Below are positions 13,846 through 28,500 of a stretch of DNA of 64,000 nt, piece by piece. The stretch is taken from positions 36,768,001 through 36,832,000 of the forward strand of contig NC_087437.1 of NCBI RefSeq assembly GCF_036321535.1. The letters are read 5' to 3'. A program made the position numbers and the translations under genes. The number at the start of each line of letters is the position of its first letter. The first letter of the stretch is position 1. Below the pieces are notes generated by a model, which was not told where the DNA came from, did no database searches, and worked only from the letters and a program-made list of their open reading frames with translations. This DNA comes from Camelus dromedarius. Its lineage: Eukaryota.

Positions 13846-16800
13846 GTAGGGATTGGACTGAAAAGCTGAAGTGAAGTTAAACCTATTTATGGGGTTTAAA
13901 TAGAGTCATTAACTAAGCTGGAAGGAATTTTGGGAAAGAAAACTATACAGAAAAGTTCAAAAGCTAAATAATAATTGTAGAATCTAAAAGATTAAAAGGT
14001 AATACCATGTTAAATACCACAGTCCCATTGTAGAGACAAGAAGGCTAACATTGTAATTATTGGCATTTATTTATTTCCTTAAAAGTGTAAAAGCAGCGTC
14101 TTCTACTTTATACCTTTCTTGCTCTTTGCTGCTGCTTCCTGACCAGTGACCACCTCCAACCTTCTTAAAATATCTTAACATCTTTGAAGTTCATGCCTTC
14201 AGATTGTAGCAACTCTTGCCAGCACATGGATTATGGTATATCTTTCTACTAAAAATTCTAATTTCTGGAGATATCAACAGTTCAGCCATTCCTGTCTTTC
14301 CAGGGTCTTGACACTTTCTTCTAATCCTAGTCTCAGCCTCTTACCCCATTGTCCAAACTTAGACAGTAGTTCTCAACAATGATTGTGTACTATAATCACC
14401 TGGGTTGCTTTTCAAAAGTCATAGAAGTAAATCATAATTTCAAAGTTTACCTCTACTGATATCCTTTTATCTGTATCCACAGTTTTGCCTTCTTTTCTAT
14501 TATAATATTTTCACTGTTCGGTCTACCATCAGACACTACATTTGAGCTTGGGCTCTCTTGCCACTTAATCAGGAATACCAATTATTGTAAATTTCCCCTA
14601 TATAACCTTTGTCACCAATTTTCCCTTTTTTTTCTGGATCCTTCCTCCTCTTGAGCGTGCTAGGTCCCCAAATTGTATGTTAGGCTCAGATCTGGCAGAA
14701 AGCACCACAAAGTAGGTCAGATCCTACATATAGTAGCAGTGCCAGTGATGGAAAATAAGTATTTTGATCAACAAGCAGTATTCTGCTTACTCTCCTAGAT
14801 CTGATTTATTAGATCTTCATTATTCTACAAATTTACTTATAGCTTATAAAGCTCCAAAGGGAACTTTTCATTATATAAAGTTGCATATAACTATAACAGA
14901 ATTTTAAAGGTCAGTGTAACCTTGACTGAATATATTAATTACATCCTTCTCTCTTATTAGTATTAAAAAAAGATAGTTGAGAAGATTATATTTTTCATTG
15001 ATTTATAGGTATAAAAAGGCACATTATAAGTACAGTGATTTTGCTAAGTGCTATATTTAAAATAATATTTGCATTTAACTCTTAGGTTACTTCCTGTGGC
15101 CACATAATGTATTTAGAGTTTGTGAAAATGAGACCATTTTTTGTCACGGAAACAAAAATGTTTTGCTGTAATTATTGTAAAGTTTAATAGCATGTTTCTT
15201 CCATTCTTGGAGTAGAAATAGCTATGAAGCTTTTTATTTTTCCTAAAAATTAAAAGTGTGGGCTGATTTCAGAGATCAGAGTAGAGTAACTCCATTCCTT
15301 AAAAATTTCTCAGGTGATTTTGTTTAGATCCTGTTTAGAACACCTCTATAACTGATTTTTAATGGTGTTGATTAAATTAAGGACCCAATAACTTCATGAA
15401 CTACGTTTTTTTTTCTCGATTTTAGTAGAACAAAACACCAAATACAAACAAAAATTGCAACTTTACAAAAGAAAGTAAAAGTTCCAACACTACATAAAAT
15501 ATTTTTTGTACGATAGTTCTGTTTTGAGTTTAATTTGAAGCTTATAATAAGCCTTTCTGAAAACTTTAATCTAAGATAATTTGTCATTTTAAATACTCAA
15601 CACACAATAAGAGAAAACTCTGCAGTATGTTTAAAACATTGCATTTTACTTTAATTTTTTAGCTTTTACTTATTGTCCTAATTTACTTTAAAAATACCTA
15701 AAAATAAAGTGGAAATGAGATAGGAACATTGTGGTATCTGATTTATAACCATATAAATATAGTATTAAATTCCTGCTACAAAAATTATAAATTTGGACAA
15801 GTAATTTACTTTCTCAGTTTTGCATTTTTTTTAACTATAAAATTGGGATTCAGTGGCTCTCTTGTAAATTAAATGATAAAATACAATAAAGAGATAGCTC
15901 AGTAACGGCAGGTTAAGGAGAGCTTCATGAGGGTAGTGGTTATAGTTTTTAATCCAATAGGTTCATGTAATATTTCATGGGTTCAGTGTATAATCTTGTG
16001 ACTTTATAGTTTCTCAGTTTGCTTCATGTCTATAATTGCCCTGAATATTTCAAACTGTCATCTTGCTAAAGTGCAGAGACTTATCCTAGCATTCTTTTAA
16101 TAACAACAACAACAAAAAAGAAAGATCTTTATTCCCTCTCGGGCTTCGGTGTGTTTCTCTGAGTGTTTCAACAGTCTCACCATGAAAGCCTAATGGGCCT
16201 GTGGCTTTTCTGTCTGAATTAATAGGAAGCCACTGAGACCTATATGGCTCATTCTACACTGTCCCTCTGACCTTTTGTGAATATTTTATATAGTTTATTG
16301 ATTGTGAAAACAGGTGAAGCAAAAAAGCAGAAATAAAAACAGACTTCTTGACTTTGTATAGAAATAAATTACATTTATCTCATGTCTAGATAAATGGTTA
16401 GGGTGTATCTGTTTGCACATATCTATGTATATAAAGCAAATCTATAATATAGAAAATAAAATGTACTTTAAATTTCTGAATTTGAAGAAAAATGTATCAT
16501 ACAGTGCATTTGGAATACTCATTTTGGTGAAATATGATTAAAAATTCAAGCAGAAATTTAACTTCAAAAATAAAAAATTGAAAAAAATAGAAGATTTTTG
16601 AGATATCTTACAGAAGGCTTTATTCATATCTCAGGATTTTTTTGTTATACTTAGGAGGCTGATAGATGAGAAAAGAGAACTTAACGAATGATAATAATTC
16701 AGGAGAAAAAGAGTTCAATATAAAGTCACACAGCATTTTTTTTTGAAACTAAGCTATGAGCTTTACAGACTGTTAAAAATAATCATAAATGTACCAAGCA

Positions 16801-17514
16801 TAAAATATGAAAATAATTAAAATCTAGGCTGATTTGATGATGATAACCTTGATAGTTGCAGAAAATTCATAAAATAGTCTAAAACTAAAAAACCAGCAAG
16901 AGTTAGGTTTTGCTCTCATTCTGCATTTATCAGGAAAGCCATACAATATTATTTTCTAATGAAATTGCATTATCATTTTATATTTCTTATGCTCCAATAT
17001 GTTATTCCAGAGGTAACAAAAGAGAAGATAACCCTAAGTATCTAGAGAAAAAGAAGAAGCATAATATAGAACGGTTGATTGGAATGAAGGCTTAACTATT
17101 AATATCCATATGTTAAATTCATGAGAGAGAGAATGTTAATTTCCTGTTTAAGGGATAAAAGTTTCTCAAACTAAAATATACAGAATGTATAACAAAATTA
17201 GTATTTTAAAATAAAGATTATTGCTGATATATAAGCTCTTATTTTGACAATTTATAGAATATGAATGTGAGTCATATGCATATCACTGTAATTGATGCTC
17301 TTAATGATGATTCAGAGATATCTGAAAAAATTAAAATTGTATATCATATACTAAAAATGTTAGCTTTGAATATTATGTAATTTTACATAATCATTATTAA
17401 TGACTTCAGCTTGGATATCTTAGTCTAACTGTCTAATAAATATGATATACCATTCTGCACAAAATACTACATATCCACTCTTTTTTTAGGTGATTTAAGA
17501 TAGTATTCATATTT

Positions 17515-17750
17515 GTTATTTTTTGTTCCAAGTATAGTCAGTTTACAATGTTGTGTTAATTTCTGACGTACAGCGTAGTGATTCAGTTATACATATACAT
17601 TCCTTTTCATACTCTTTTTCATTATAGGCTATTACAAGATACTGAATATAATTCCCTGTGCTATACATACAGTAAGACCTTGTTTATCTATTTCATATCT
17701 AGTAGTTTGTATCTGCACATCCCAAACTCCCTATATTTCACTCCACCTCT
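17515..17750 (-). mobile_element. Short young L1 3'UTR
   Basis: Same 3' end as 2508-2760 (GTCAGTTTACAATGTTGTG..TTACAAGATACTGAATAT). Confidence 0.85.
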
Positions 17751-18589
17751 CAAAGTATATTGTCCAATCTGAGATTTCCAAGTAATACCCACCTAATCTC
17801 ACCGACAGCTATCTTACCTATGTTTTCCTTTGCTTAGGAAAATTCTGAAGTGTGTTCTACACTGTCTCCCTGATTTCTAGTTGTCCAGAATGCTCCCCCC
17901 ATTTAATAAAATATCTTTTATTGATTTCCATCTCTCTACTCTCTCAATTCCCATTCCTCTAGTAGTTCTTTGTGATACTACCTCATGTAGAACTAATCAC
18001 AAGTGCTTTCCTCAGAGCCTGCTTCTCAGGGAACCCAACTGAAGACACATAGCTTCCAATTAAATGTATAAAAGAAAACCTACAGCATTGATGTAAAAGT
18101 CAACAGTTACAAGATAATATATCTTTAAAAATTAACTTGTTTTTAATCTTTGTTGAGCAAAGTTTTCTTGTCTTTCATAAACTATAATAGTCCATATAAG
18201 TAAAATATAAAGTTCTTAAAATGTCAAGAGAAATGCACCAAAATGTAATTTAAAATTGCACTTCATCTTTTGGTACTAGATATCTCTATAAAAAGACCAC
18301 TTGCTGAATAAGCAAGTACTTTAAAATTGCTGATGGTGGCTGCTGGAAATTATTTACATAGAACTGTATGACTTATACACTGTCAAAATTAGCTTTGACA
18401 GCAAACTGAGAATAAAGTATTGGGGCTTAAAACCACCACTAGTATCCAGATCAAATCTCACAATATGTTTTGAATTATAAGTGTATGTATGCGTATGTGT
18501 ATGTGTGTGTATATATAAATATATATATATACCAGGCTGAAGTAGTGTTTATCAGGTTTCTCTTATGCTCTGATCACCCAATACCTTGT

Positions 18590-19820
18590 TACTTTTAAAA
18601 TCAACTAAGCAAGATAAAATATTTAATTTTATTTTAATTTATACTTTTCTGACACTCTTCTCTTCTTTACGTGGATCCCAGATTCTGACCTACATCATTT
18701 TCCATCTGCTTAAAGAAATTCTTTTAATACTTATTTGCACAGGAGTGCTGGCAATGAATTCTCTCAGTTTTTGTTTGTCTATGGTAGTCTATATTTCAGC
18801 TTCACTTTTAAAGGATAATATCATTAAATACAGAATTCTGAGATAGTTGATTTTTCTCTTCAACATTTTGAATCTTTTACTCTGCTCTTATCTTGCTTGA
18901 TGTAATTTCTCTTCTTGTTTCTCTAGAGGTAAGGTGTTCTTTCATTTGGCTTCTTCAAAGAGTTTCTCTTTGCCTCTGTGTGTGTATGTGTGTGTGTGTG
19001 TGTGTGTGTGTTTGTGTGTGTGTGGTATATGTGTGTTTTCAATTTCAGTATATGTGTGAGTGTTTTGCTGTTGTGGTTTTCTGGGTTTTTTATTTGTCTT
19101 GTTTTTGGCATTTATCCTACTTTGTGCTTTCTTAGGTTCTTAGATCTGTATTTTTGTATCTGTGATAATTTTAGGGATTTTTCTATATTGATACTTTATT
19201 TCTTCTACTCCATTCTTTCATTTCTTTTTTTGTAATCACAATTTATGTTACACCTTTTGAAATTGTTATACAATTACTTGATTTTTTTCTCTCTCTGTTT
19301 TACACTTTGGAAAATTTTATTGTCCTATCTTCAAGATTGCTGATTATTTCACCTGAAATGCTGAGTATAGGATGGACCCATACAAATAATTCTTTAATTC
19401 TATTACAGAGTTTTTAATTTATAGCATTTCCTTTTGGTTCTTAAAATTTCCGTTTCTGTTTGCATTACCCATAGTGTCTTGCATGCTATATACTTATTCA
19501 TTAGAGTCCTTTATGTAAGAATCATAGTCAATTTAACTCCCTGTCTGATATTTCTAACATCTGTATAATATCTAAGTTAGGTTCTAATACTTGCTCTGTT
19601 AATTCAGGCTGTGTTTTTCCTTGCCTTTGGCATGACTTGTACTTTGTGTGTGTGTTGAAAACCAGGCATTATCAGGTAAATAGATAAATAGACCTATGAT
19701 GTGAGAATGTATGTTAATCTTACTGGGAGTTGGACTGTGTTTAATGTGTCCTTGTTTTTTCTCATCTCTTTCTTTTGGCTTTTCTAAATATTCCTCCTTA
19801 TATAGTATCTGTGACTTGTA
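18590..19820 (-). mobile_element. Old L1M (ORF1/5' region) with internal (TG)n at about 18977-19023
   Basis: T-rich antisense ORF1-like sequence (CTGGCAATGAATTCTCTCAGTTTTTGTTTGTCT..AAGGATAAT..AGAATTCTG). Confidence 0.75.
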
Positions 19821-19829
19821 GTGATACCA

Positions 19830-20480
19830 GATTTTTTTAACTTTTAATTGAGATAAAATTCACATTATTATTAAATTTCACCAAAGTGTATGATTTAGTG
19901 GATTTCAGTATATTCACAATGCTGTGCAACCATCACCACTATTTAATTCCAGAAAATTTCATCAACCTGAAAAGAAACTCACATTTGTTAGTAGTTACAA
20001 CCAATTTCCTGTACTCCTCATCCCCAAGCAACTACTGACCTACTTTCTGTGTCTTTGCATTTGCCTATTCTGGAAACTTCATGTAAATAGAATTACACTC
20101 TGTGTGGCCTTTTATATCTGGCTTCTTTCAGTTAGCATAATGTCTTCAGGATTCATCCATGTTGTAGCATGTATCAATACTTCATTCCCTTTCATGGCTC
20201 AATAGTATTGCATTGTCCTTGTATAAAACAGCTTATCTATCCATTCACCGGTTAATGGACACTTGAATTGTTTCCACTTTTTGGCTATTGTGAACAATGC
20301 CACTGTGACATTTTTGTACAACTTTTTTGTGTGAGCATATGCTTAAAACACTCTTGGACGTATACCTAGGAATAGAATTGCAAGGTCATATAGTAACTAA
20401 ATACAACATTTTGAGGAACTGCCAAACTGTTTTCCACTGTGGTCACACCAACCATGTATGAAATTCCAATTTCTACCTTT
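19830..20480 (-). mobile_element. L1MB-type 3' end
   Basis: TTTAATTGAGATAAAATTCACAT..GTGCAACCATCACCACT..TTGAGGAACTGCCAAACTGTTTTCC. Confidence 0.9.
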
Positions 20481-22514
20481 TTTAGTTCTAACCGATTATC
20501 ACTGCCCTCCATCCTTCCATGCTTTCTACTGACACATGAAACAAGCTTGAAAGATCCAAGTTAGTAGCTTCAGGCAAAACCCCACCCCAGCTCCTCCCAT
20601 GGCAGGCTGAACGAGGAGCTGAGGCTGTAGATTTAAGGGGATTCCAATCAAAAAATGAAGGCACAGTCCAAAATCACCAAATACTCGAGGTTACTTCACA
20701 CTATGAAAAAGGGATAACAAAATCCAGCAGTGGAAGATCTTTTCACAAGGAAACACTCAAATAGCAAACAAGAAATGGGTTGAATAAGCAACAATCCATG
20801 AATATTAAAAGTATCTTTGGGTGTTATTTCTTGATTTATCAACTTTGAAAAGTATCCCTTTTTCGCTAGAAAAACAAGGAATTGTAATTAACCTTACCTT
20901 TCAGAAATATTATACTTTCTCTTGAATCTTGAAATGAATTTGGAATTAATTTGATGATTTATTTTTTATTAAAATATTATTTCTCAAAAAATAATATTTC
21001 TTAACCACTCAGACAATATTCATTCTTCCTCCTTTTTCTTTTTTCTTTAATCTTATATTTCTATTTAACCTCAGGGTAATCATAAACCTTTTTTTTTCCT
21101 TTCTCAAATACATATGATGAAGATGTGTTTAGAGGGTAATACACATAAGACTGTCACTGAAGATATAATTTTGCTTTTGTTTTCCTGTCTGATCATCTAC
21201 TAAAACAACAATATTAAGAAATTAATACTAAGATCTTGCTAAGATGTTATGAAAAATGAATTTTCTAATACATGTCCAAATATAAATTACAACTTCAAAC
21301 TTGGAAATAAGTCATTAATGCTTAAAGATACTAGAGATGAAAAAGGACCAGTATTACATATATCGTTATAAAAACAAAAAGGATACATTTGCCTTGACAA
21401 TGACAAAAAAACTGAAGGAATTACATTTGGTAATCTTGAGACTGATTTGCAAAGCTTAGATACTGAAAAGTGATGTGTACTATGGCTTCCATGCTATTTA
21501 GAGGTTAGGAAGATCATTCTGTAATTTAAGGCAAAGCCCCCCTATTCTATTAAGAAGTATTCTATAAATATTAGCAAAAGAGTTTGCAGTATTCTGTCAA
21601 TACTAGCATGTGACATAGTTTTCTAGAGCCAGGAAATTTGCCACGAGTTCTCATTAAAATGGAATGAGTGTGCTAATCATATCACAGCTGATAAGTTATG
21701 GAACATATTCAAAGCTGCACAAGTTACGATATTTTGTTGTTTTTCTTCAGATGGTTCCTTGATGAATTAATAAATTGAAAAGCTTTATTTCTTATTTCTT
21801 AAGAGTTTGTCAGAGGAATTTCTGAAATAAAAGTTAGAAGTGTTTCTGTCCTTCAGTGCAGGGTTAAATGTGGTCTACCTTTTTTCCACCATCATGGCAC
21901 CACTGGGACAACTGGAACCTTGATTCAAACTGTAGCCAATAGCCTTATTGAGCTTGTAGAAGAAATAAGGACGTACTATCCTAGCCCAAAGAGAAAAATT
22001 TAGACATGACACAAAGAGATTATCCATAACCTCCATCATCACTTGAAGCTCTCATATGAATGAGTCAGTTTTAAGAGAGGAAACCACTGATATAAAGAAT
22101 TGATTTCACTATTTTATACCTTGCTAAAAAATAAATGTTTGCTTATGTTTATCAAGATAGGAAAGTGATGTTACTTGAAAATTGACTAATGTGAAGAGTT
22201 TGGTTTAAGATTTATCTAAGGGAAAGCACTGTTCCTTTTTTAAATAAAAAATGTATTAATGGCATTACTGATGATGCAGTGCAAGCCACATGATGCTACA
22301 TAAGAAAATTCAAAACAAAAATATTAATTGATTACATAGCAGAGTGGTAGTTTAAATTTTTTATTTGAAATCCTTATAGATCTGCAATTACAAATGTGCA
22401 GGATTGTTATTATAAAAACACATGTTAATTTGCTGTTTGGTCTATTCATCTAAAGACCTACTAATAATTTCCTTTTTTAATATATATAGTTTTCATTTTA
22501 GAGTCATGGAAATA

Positions 22515-22545
<31 letters not shown>

Positions 22546-23619
22546 TTTGGCCTCTTTCTCCTATCTATAGTTAACCTCTAATTCAGGTTAATTATTATTT
22601 CTTCAACCTATTAGGCAAAATTACTAACCATTTTTATCCTCAGATTTATTTTTAACAGGTTACATTAAATAAAACTTGCCTCAATATCATTTATTCCAGT
22701 GCCTATCTAACATTCATGTCTTATATGTCATTCATTTTGTTTTTCAGAGATGCTAATTTAATACTTGTTATTATTAACTGCCATTTGTCTTGAGTGAGTT
22801 TTTATCATAATGATTTTAAAGGCAACTAGAAACAAAAAGGAGATATAATATGAGTTCTAATAATATGCATTATTTGAAGAGAATTTATTTAAAAAGAAAA
22901 TAATTTAAAATAAAATTGTCCCTATAGCAACACCCCAACATCCTACCATATGAGTTTGTATAGTTTGTAGTTGAAGGAATAAAGAAACAGTCTCATAATT
23001 ATAGTAAGCAATAGCAAAGTTACTATTGAAATGTAAGGGAGTAAATTTTTTTGGCCATTCTGTCATATACTACATACAATTTTGTTTTTTCTCTGCTCTT
23101 CTTCATTCCTCCTTAATCATAAATCTGATTATACTCTACTTTCTATCACAGAAACTTTTATTCCTTTTTTTATTTTTTGCATTTATCACTAGTGTTTTGC
23201 TGTTGGATTAGATTATTGTTCCCTTGGTTAATCAAGTAGGTTCTTGTGGTTCTTAGGAATACACTAGAAAAGATGAAATATCCATCTGTTTTCCTTTACT
23301 TCTTGCTAGATGCACTGCATTTGGAATTCCAGGTGGCTAAACAACATCTATTATCCTTTTGTCTGCCAGAGGTTTTTCCCATGTATATTATCCCATAGGG
23401 AAATATTATAATTTCTGTGTTTTATTTTTCTTTGTACTATTTACTACCTCCTTTCTTCAGAAGAGGTTGTCAACTAGCAGTCAACATCATATATCATAGG
23501 AATAAGAACATAGACATTAAACAGCAGCTCTCATTCTAGGAAAGAAAATTTGATTCCTGGAATTATAATCAAGTTGCTCTTTTTTTCAAAAATTCTCTTT
23601 TTTATTAAAATTATTTATT

Positions 23620-23750
23620 GAATGGTACAGTGGCCTAAAAATCAGTGGACCTGTATCCAAGTTATGGATTTGCCACTAGCCTGGTATGTAATATTGGACT
23701 AAATCATTAACCTCTAAATTTCTAATTTTTCATCCATAAAATTAAAGGGC
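23620..23750 (+). mobile_element. MIR fragment (others near 8800-9040, 24770-24940, 30060-30170, 41740-41960)
   Basis: TTTGCCACTAGCCTGGTATGTAATATTGGACTAAATCATTAACCTCT..TTTTCATCCATAAAAT MIR core. Confidence 0.6.
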
Positions 23751-24275
23751 TGATATGGCAAGGGGAAGGTGCATATATTTTTTCTGAGTTTAGATAAACC
23801 TTTTACTAAAGAAAATGAACTTCTAATTATAAGTGTCTTTGCTTGAATACAATGATGAATATCAATCAATAAAAAATGTACTTAAATAAATATTTTATGC
23901 CCAGTATTGTGTTAATAAAGCTTCTGGAGTAGTGCAAGATATATCTTGACTATCTCAGAGAACAAAAAATCTGATGGACAAGAGAAATCAACCTAATTAT
24001 AATAAATAATTGTTAATCTATTTTATATATACTAGTTAGTATCTGCATATATTTAGGGTTTGTGTTTTAGTATTGGATCAATATCTGTTTTTTTTCCATT
24101 TTTAATTATTTAAACTTTATTCCTGTATTTTATCACATTTACATTTTTCTGATAAATGAGGTTAAATTAGGCTTAATTGTTTATGTTACTTAAATACTTT
24201 CTTTTTTGAAGTGGCTATTCAACTTTTGCCCACTTCCCTTGTGTGATCTCTCTGCAATCAGATAACATTTTCTTT

Positions 24276-24375
24276 TTATTTTAATTGAAGAATAGTCAGT
24301 TACAATGTATCAATTTCTGGTATACAGCATAATGTTTGTCATAAGTATACATACATATATTCATTTTCATATTCT
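24276..24375 (-). mobile_element. 100-bp young L1 3' stub
   Basis: 16-bp TSD AGA(T/C)AACATTTTCTTT at 24260-24275 / 24376-24391. Confidence 0.85.
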
Positions 24376-25625
24376 AGACAACATTTTCTTTGATTTTTGA
24401 GATTTTCTTTTAGATTTTCTGTGAGAATTCTAGAAATAACTAGATGAGTTAATTAGAATGATGAGAGCAATTTTAAATTTACCTAGAGTCTATAAAAGTG
24501 ATTTCGAGCTATCATTTTGCTTCACTTTCATTCTTCATGTCAGCTGTTGGATTCAAACTTTTTAAAATAAAACTGCCCCATTTTATTGAACTCAGTATAC
24601 TTAAAATATGTTTTGGAAAATAATATGTTAATTAAAGAAAATGAAATTTATTTTTTAATAAATGTAGAGAGCAAGTAAGGGAGGCTGTATTTTTAGTCAT
24701 ACTATAATTATTAATAAAGCAATAATAATCACGTTGACCATGATAAAAACATGTCATTAAAAAGTCAACTTGAATTTGAGGCCAGATTTTGCCTCATAGT
24801 AGGTCTGTGATCCTGGAAAAATAACTACTCTGAGGTTATTTGCTCTTCTATAAAATGAGATTTATTATTAGCTCAAGATTAAATTAGGTAATATAAGAAA
24901 ATACTATTGCTCTGAAAACTGTTAGCAACATTTAAATACCATCACTACAAATTTAAATCAGTAAATGAACAGAAATATAGATAAGATATAAGACATACTT
25001 TTTTCAAGAATAATGACTAGGACTGCAATTTTATAAATTTTAGAATGTGAAGAAATAGAAAGGATGCATGAACTTTTTTTTAATATAATAGCATTCACTC
25101 ATCACTGAGGTGATTCTAATTATAAATCTATGGACACGCATATCAATAAGCAGACACTATTTTTTATAAGTCATGTTATATAATAAAATGTAATCTTTCA
25201 TTTTAACTATATAGCAGAATTTCCATAATGTAATAAGTAATATAAGATAAAAATGCACTGATTTGAAAAAATGCCTTAAAACCCACTGCATATAAAACTC
25301 TAAAATGCATAATGGGATAATTTTACGGCCAGGATCTCAGTCACTGTCAGCTTCTAGGAATTACGTATCTGAATTTGGCACTGGGCCTAGTAGGAGTATC
25401 AGTTACAAAATGGTAGGTATTTATTGGCTATTCTATAGTGCACTATGTTTAGACTCAGGAGAGGCTGAGCATTACAGTAGCCAGGAGATTAGGTTTCTTC
25501 CTGATGTATGCAGATGTTTAGAGTATATGTGAGCTAGGCCAGCATCTGGGTACAAAGTCTGATCTGTATTAAGAATAATAACTTGTATTCAGCTTGATTT
25601 ATTTTCACTTTGGTTTACTATTAAC

Positions 25626-25737
25626 TAAAAACAAAAAAAAGAAAAGGAAGGAAGGAAGAAAAAGAAGGAAGGAAGGAAGGAAGGAAGGAAGGAAGGAAGG
25701 AAGGAAGGAAGGAAGGAAGGAAGGAAGGAAAGAAGGA

Positions 25738-25801
<64 letters not shown>

Positions 25802-25862
25802 AAAGAAAGAAAAGAAAGAAAAGAAAGAAAAGAAAGAAAAGAAAGAAAAGAAAAGAAAGAAA
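25626..25862 (+). repeat. Compound purine microsatellite (GGAA)n-(GAAA)n-(GAAAAGAAA)n
   Basis: Read directly; about 235 bp, essentially A/G only. Confidence 0.98.
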
Positions 25863-26459
25863 AATACCAGCGAGTAAGGATACCAGTAAGTTTGTGGGAA
25901 ATGTCCCTTTAGTCCTTCCAAGTTCTTAGAAGTGAAGTCACAAATGTTGGGAGCTGCAGACAGTTGTGACCATAATTCAGAGAAGCAAATCACTCCTGAC
26001 CATTTTCTTTGATAAGATGAGGTTTGAAAAAGACCTCAAACATGTCAAGTCTGGTACAGTATCTGCTTTTTAAAAAAATAAGTGGCCTATTATAAATAAA
26101 TATTAAAATATTAAAGTATTAAAATAACAATAACTCTTAAAATAAAATTTGTATATAAAATACCCACAGTTACACACATATATCCAATAATCAGTATTTT
26201 TAACATAACATAAAGGAGAAAATAAAATTAATTTAAATAAAACTATATGTATCATCTGCTTTACAATAGTAAAAATTATCTCAAGCATGATTAATATTTT
26301 TTATCAGTCAGTATAACATACATTTTCCCAGCAACTTTAAGTTTTGTACCTTCAGATAATAGAGAATGAATGTAAAATATATGAATTCTCTGCAAGCCAT
26401 AGAGTACAGTAGTGTTCACAATAATCATTCACACTGTAGTCTTCCATTTGGCTCAGTTT

Positions 26460-26893
26460 GGACACAAGTTTAACACAATGTGAACCAGAGTTATCTATCT
26501 GGTGCATCACATCATTTCATGAAAAGCCTCCAACTGCTTTTCCTCCTGACTCTTCTGACGATGACAGCCACCAGTACTCATTTCCATCATTGAATACCAT
26601 TGATCTTCTCAAACTTTCCAATAAACTAACTTCACTGTTTTCAACAAAAGATAAAGATACTTGTTATGGTACTTCTTTATTTATTAGAAATACAATATAT
26701 CTTTTAAACCATATTGGTGTTTTATTAGTATTATTGCCACTTTTTCTCACATTCTTGTCACAAAATTGCATAAGTTTTGATTGGTCTTTTCCTAATCCAA
26801 TCTCCCCCAAAGCTATGATGTTTTCAGTGCATGATTTTGCACAATACAACGTGTTTCAGAAAAGTATATATAATAATTATAGCAGAATGCCTG
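26460..26893 (-). mobile_element. Tigger12-like (TcMar-Tigger) DNA transposon fragment
   Basis: Minus strand begins CAGGCATTCTGCTATAA..TGCAAAATCATGCACTGAAAACATCATAGCTTTGGGGGAGATTGG, resembling the Tigger12/13 terminus as recalled. Confidence 0.6.
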
Positions 26894-27796
26894 AATAGCA
26901 ATGTGTGCATGAATTATAGTTAAGTGCAAGAAACATAAATAAGGTAACTTAAGCGTAAGTGTTTTAATATAAGTATTGATCTATATAAAACTTTTGAAAG
27001 TATGAAGGAGAGGCTCTAGACTGGGACTCCAGGAAAGACAGCAGAACAATTCAGAACTGAACTAGAGAATGCTATACCTCTTAGACCACCATGAAATTAT
27101 GCTGAAACCTGACCTTGTTATTGCCAAGGCTACAATTTCCTCTTATTACCCAAGAAGCTAGAGAATGGACACCCATATCTGTTACCCAGAATAAGAAACT
27201 ATTGGAAAATCAGGAAGCCACCATCAACACCAACCTACTTCTTGTCATTAAGGACACTGGAGTATAGAAATTGTAGTGTTTTTGCAGAGAACTCTCATAT
27301 GCACAACCATACGTGTCACCAGAAAGAAAAAGGGAACAAAATGCTCTCTATCTTCCTTTTCTCTTCTAAGTTGCATGCGAATGCAACTGTTATCAGAACC
27401 TAGTGCCAGCCAGAAAACCAGTAGTGCGGCTGTCTGTGCTATGTAGCCTTTAAATAACCATCTTCTCAAACTAAAAGGAAAGAAATGAAAGCTGAAGGAG
27501 ACACACTATAATATGCATCACAATATATAAATGTTTGAACATATCTATGCTAGAAGACAAAACAGAGTAATTAGATAGTTGCATCTATTTATAGTTTGCT
27601 TGTATCTGAGTGATATAGAAAGACAGAAACCTTTCCATCTGACACACATTCTCACAAATAAGTAGGACCCTAATTAGAAGTGTTGTGTCTATAAATATCT
27701 ATCCTATAAAATGAGAGAAAATGCATGAGAGAAATAGGATTCCAATGCTGAACTTCCATCACATAAACACATACTAAAATATAATTCAAGTATTAG

Positions 27797-28500
27797 CAGT
27801 GGTGTAATGAGAGTAAAGTGACAGAGATGTCTGCTTTGCATGTAGGCAATGAATATGTTAATTACTTAATTATGATCTTTAAATTATAACAAAAGAAGAC
27901 CAAAGAGTTTGTTTTTTATTAACTGTTGTGCCAGCAATTCTAAATAAAATCAGAGATAAAATATAGTTCCCCAAAACTTTTTTCTGGTTTAGGTTCTTAA
28001 CACTTGTAATATTGTTATACAGATTGCAGGTGGAGTATGTATATTATATGCTTCAAATTAGTGCATTTTGTCCCTTTACTGTTAATAAATATTGTATTCT
28101 ACATGGAAGTTAATTTGAGAACTCTCAGTTAGAGTTTGCCCCCAACACAGCCACCTACTCAGCTACATGGCTTTGTTTCAAGAGTAAGCTTGTTTGGATC
28201 CTTGTGTAGTTTCTGTCTCCAGTACTGTGGGACTACAGATTCCTGCATTTATGCTGCAGATTTGGGGGTGGGGGGGGGGGGAAATGATAACACAATACCA
28301 TAAACATGAAAGAAAAGAACTTATGTTACTTCCATTTTGATATTCTATATGATTATGTGGAGTATTTATTTGTGTTGAAAATATAAAAACCCCAAATTAT
28401 TCAGTCTTCTGTATACTTGGTATCCTTATTTTCATTATATTTCACTTTCAACTATTACCATGAAGTCCCGTCATAAATCAGATTAAAGTGAACATAAACA
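27797..28500 (+). mobile_element. MER69/Arthur-like hAT-Tip100 fragment
   Basis: CAGTGGTGTAATGAGAG..GTCTGC..GTAGGCAAT..GTGCCAGCAATTCTAAATAAAATCAGAGATAAAATA; right end approximate. Confidence 0.6.

Noticed and set aside
25594..25993. K/R/E-rich and F/S-rich ORFs
   Set aside because: Translations of the purine microsatellite.
26458..26898. 146-aa ORF
   Set aside because: Non-ATG start, no recognisable domain, lies antisense in a Tigger-like relic.
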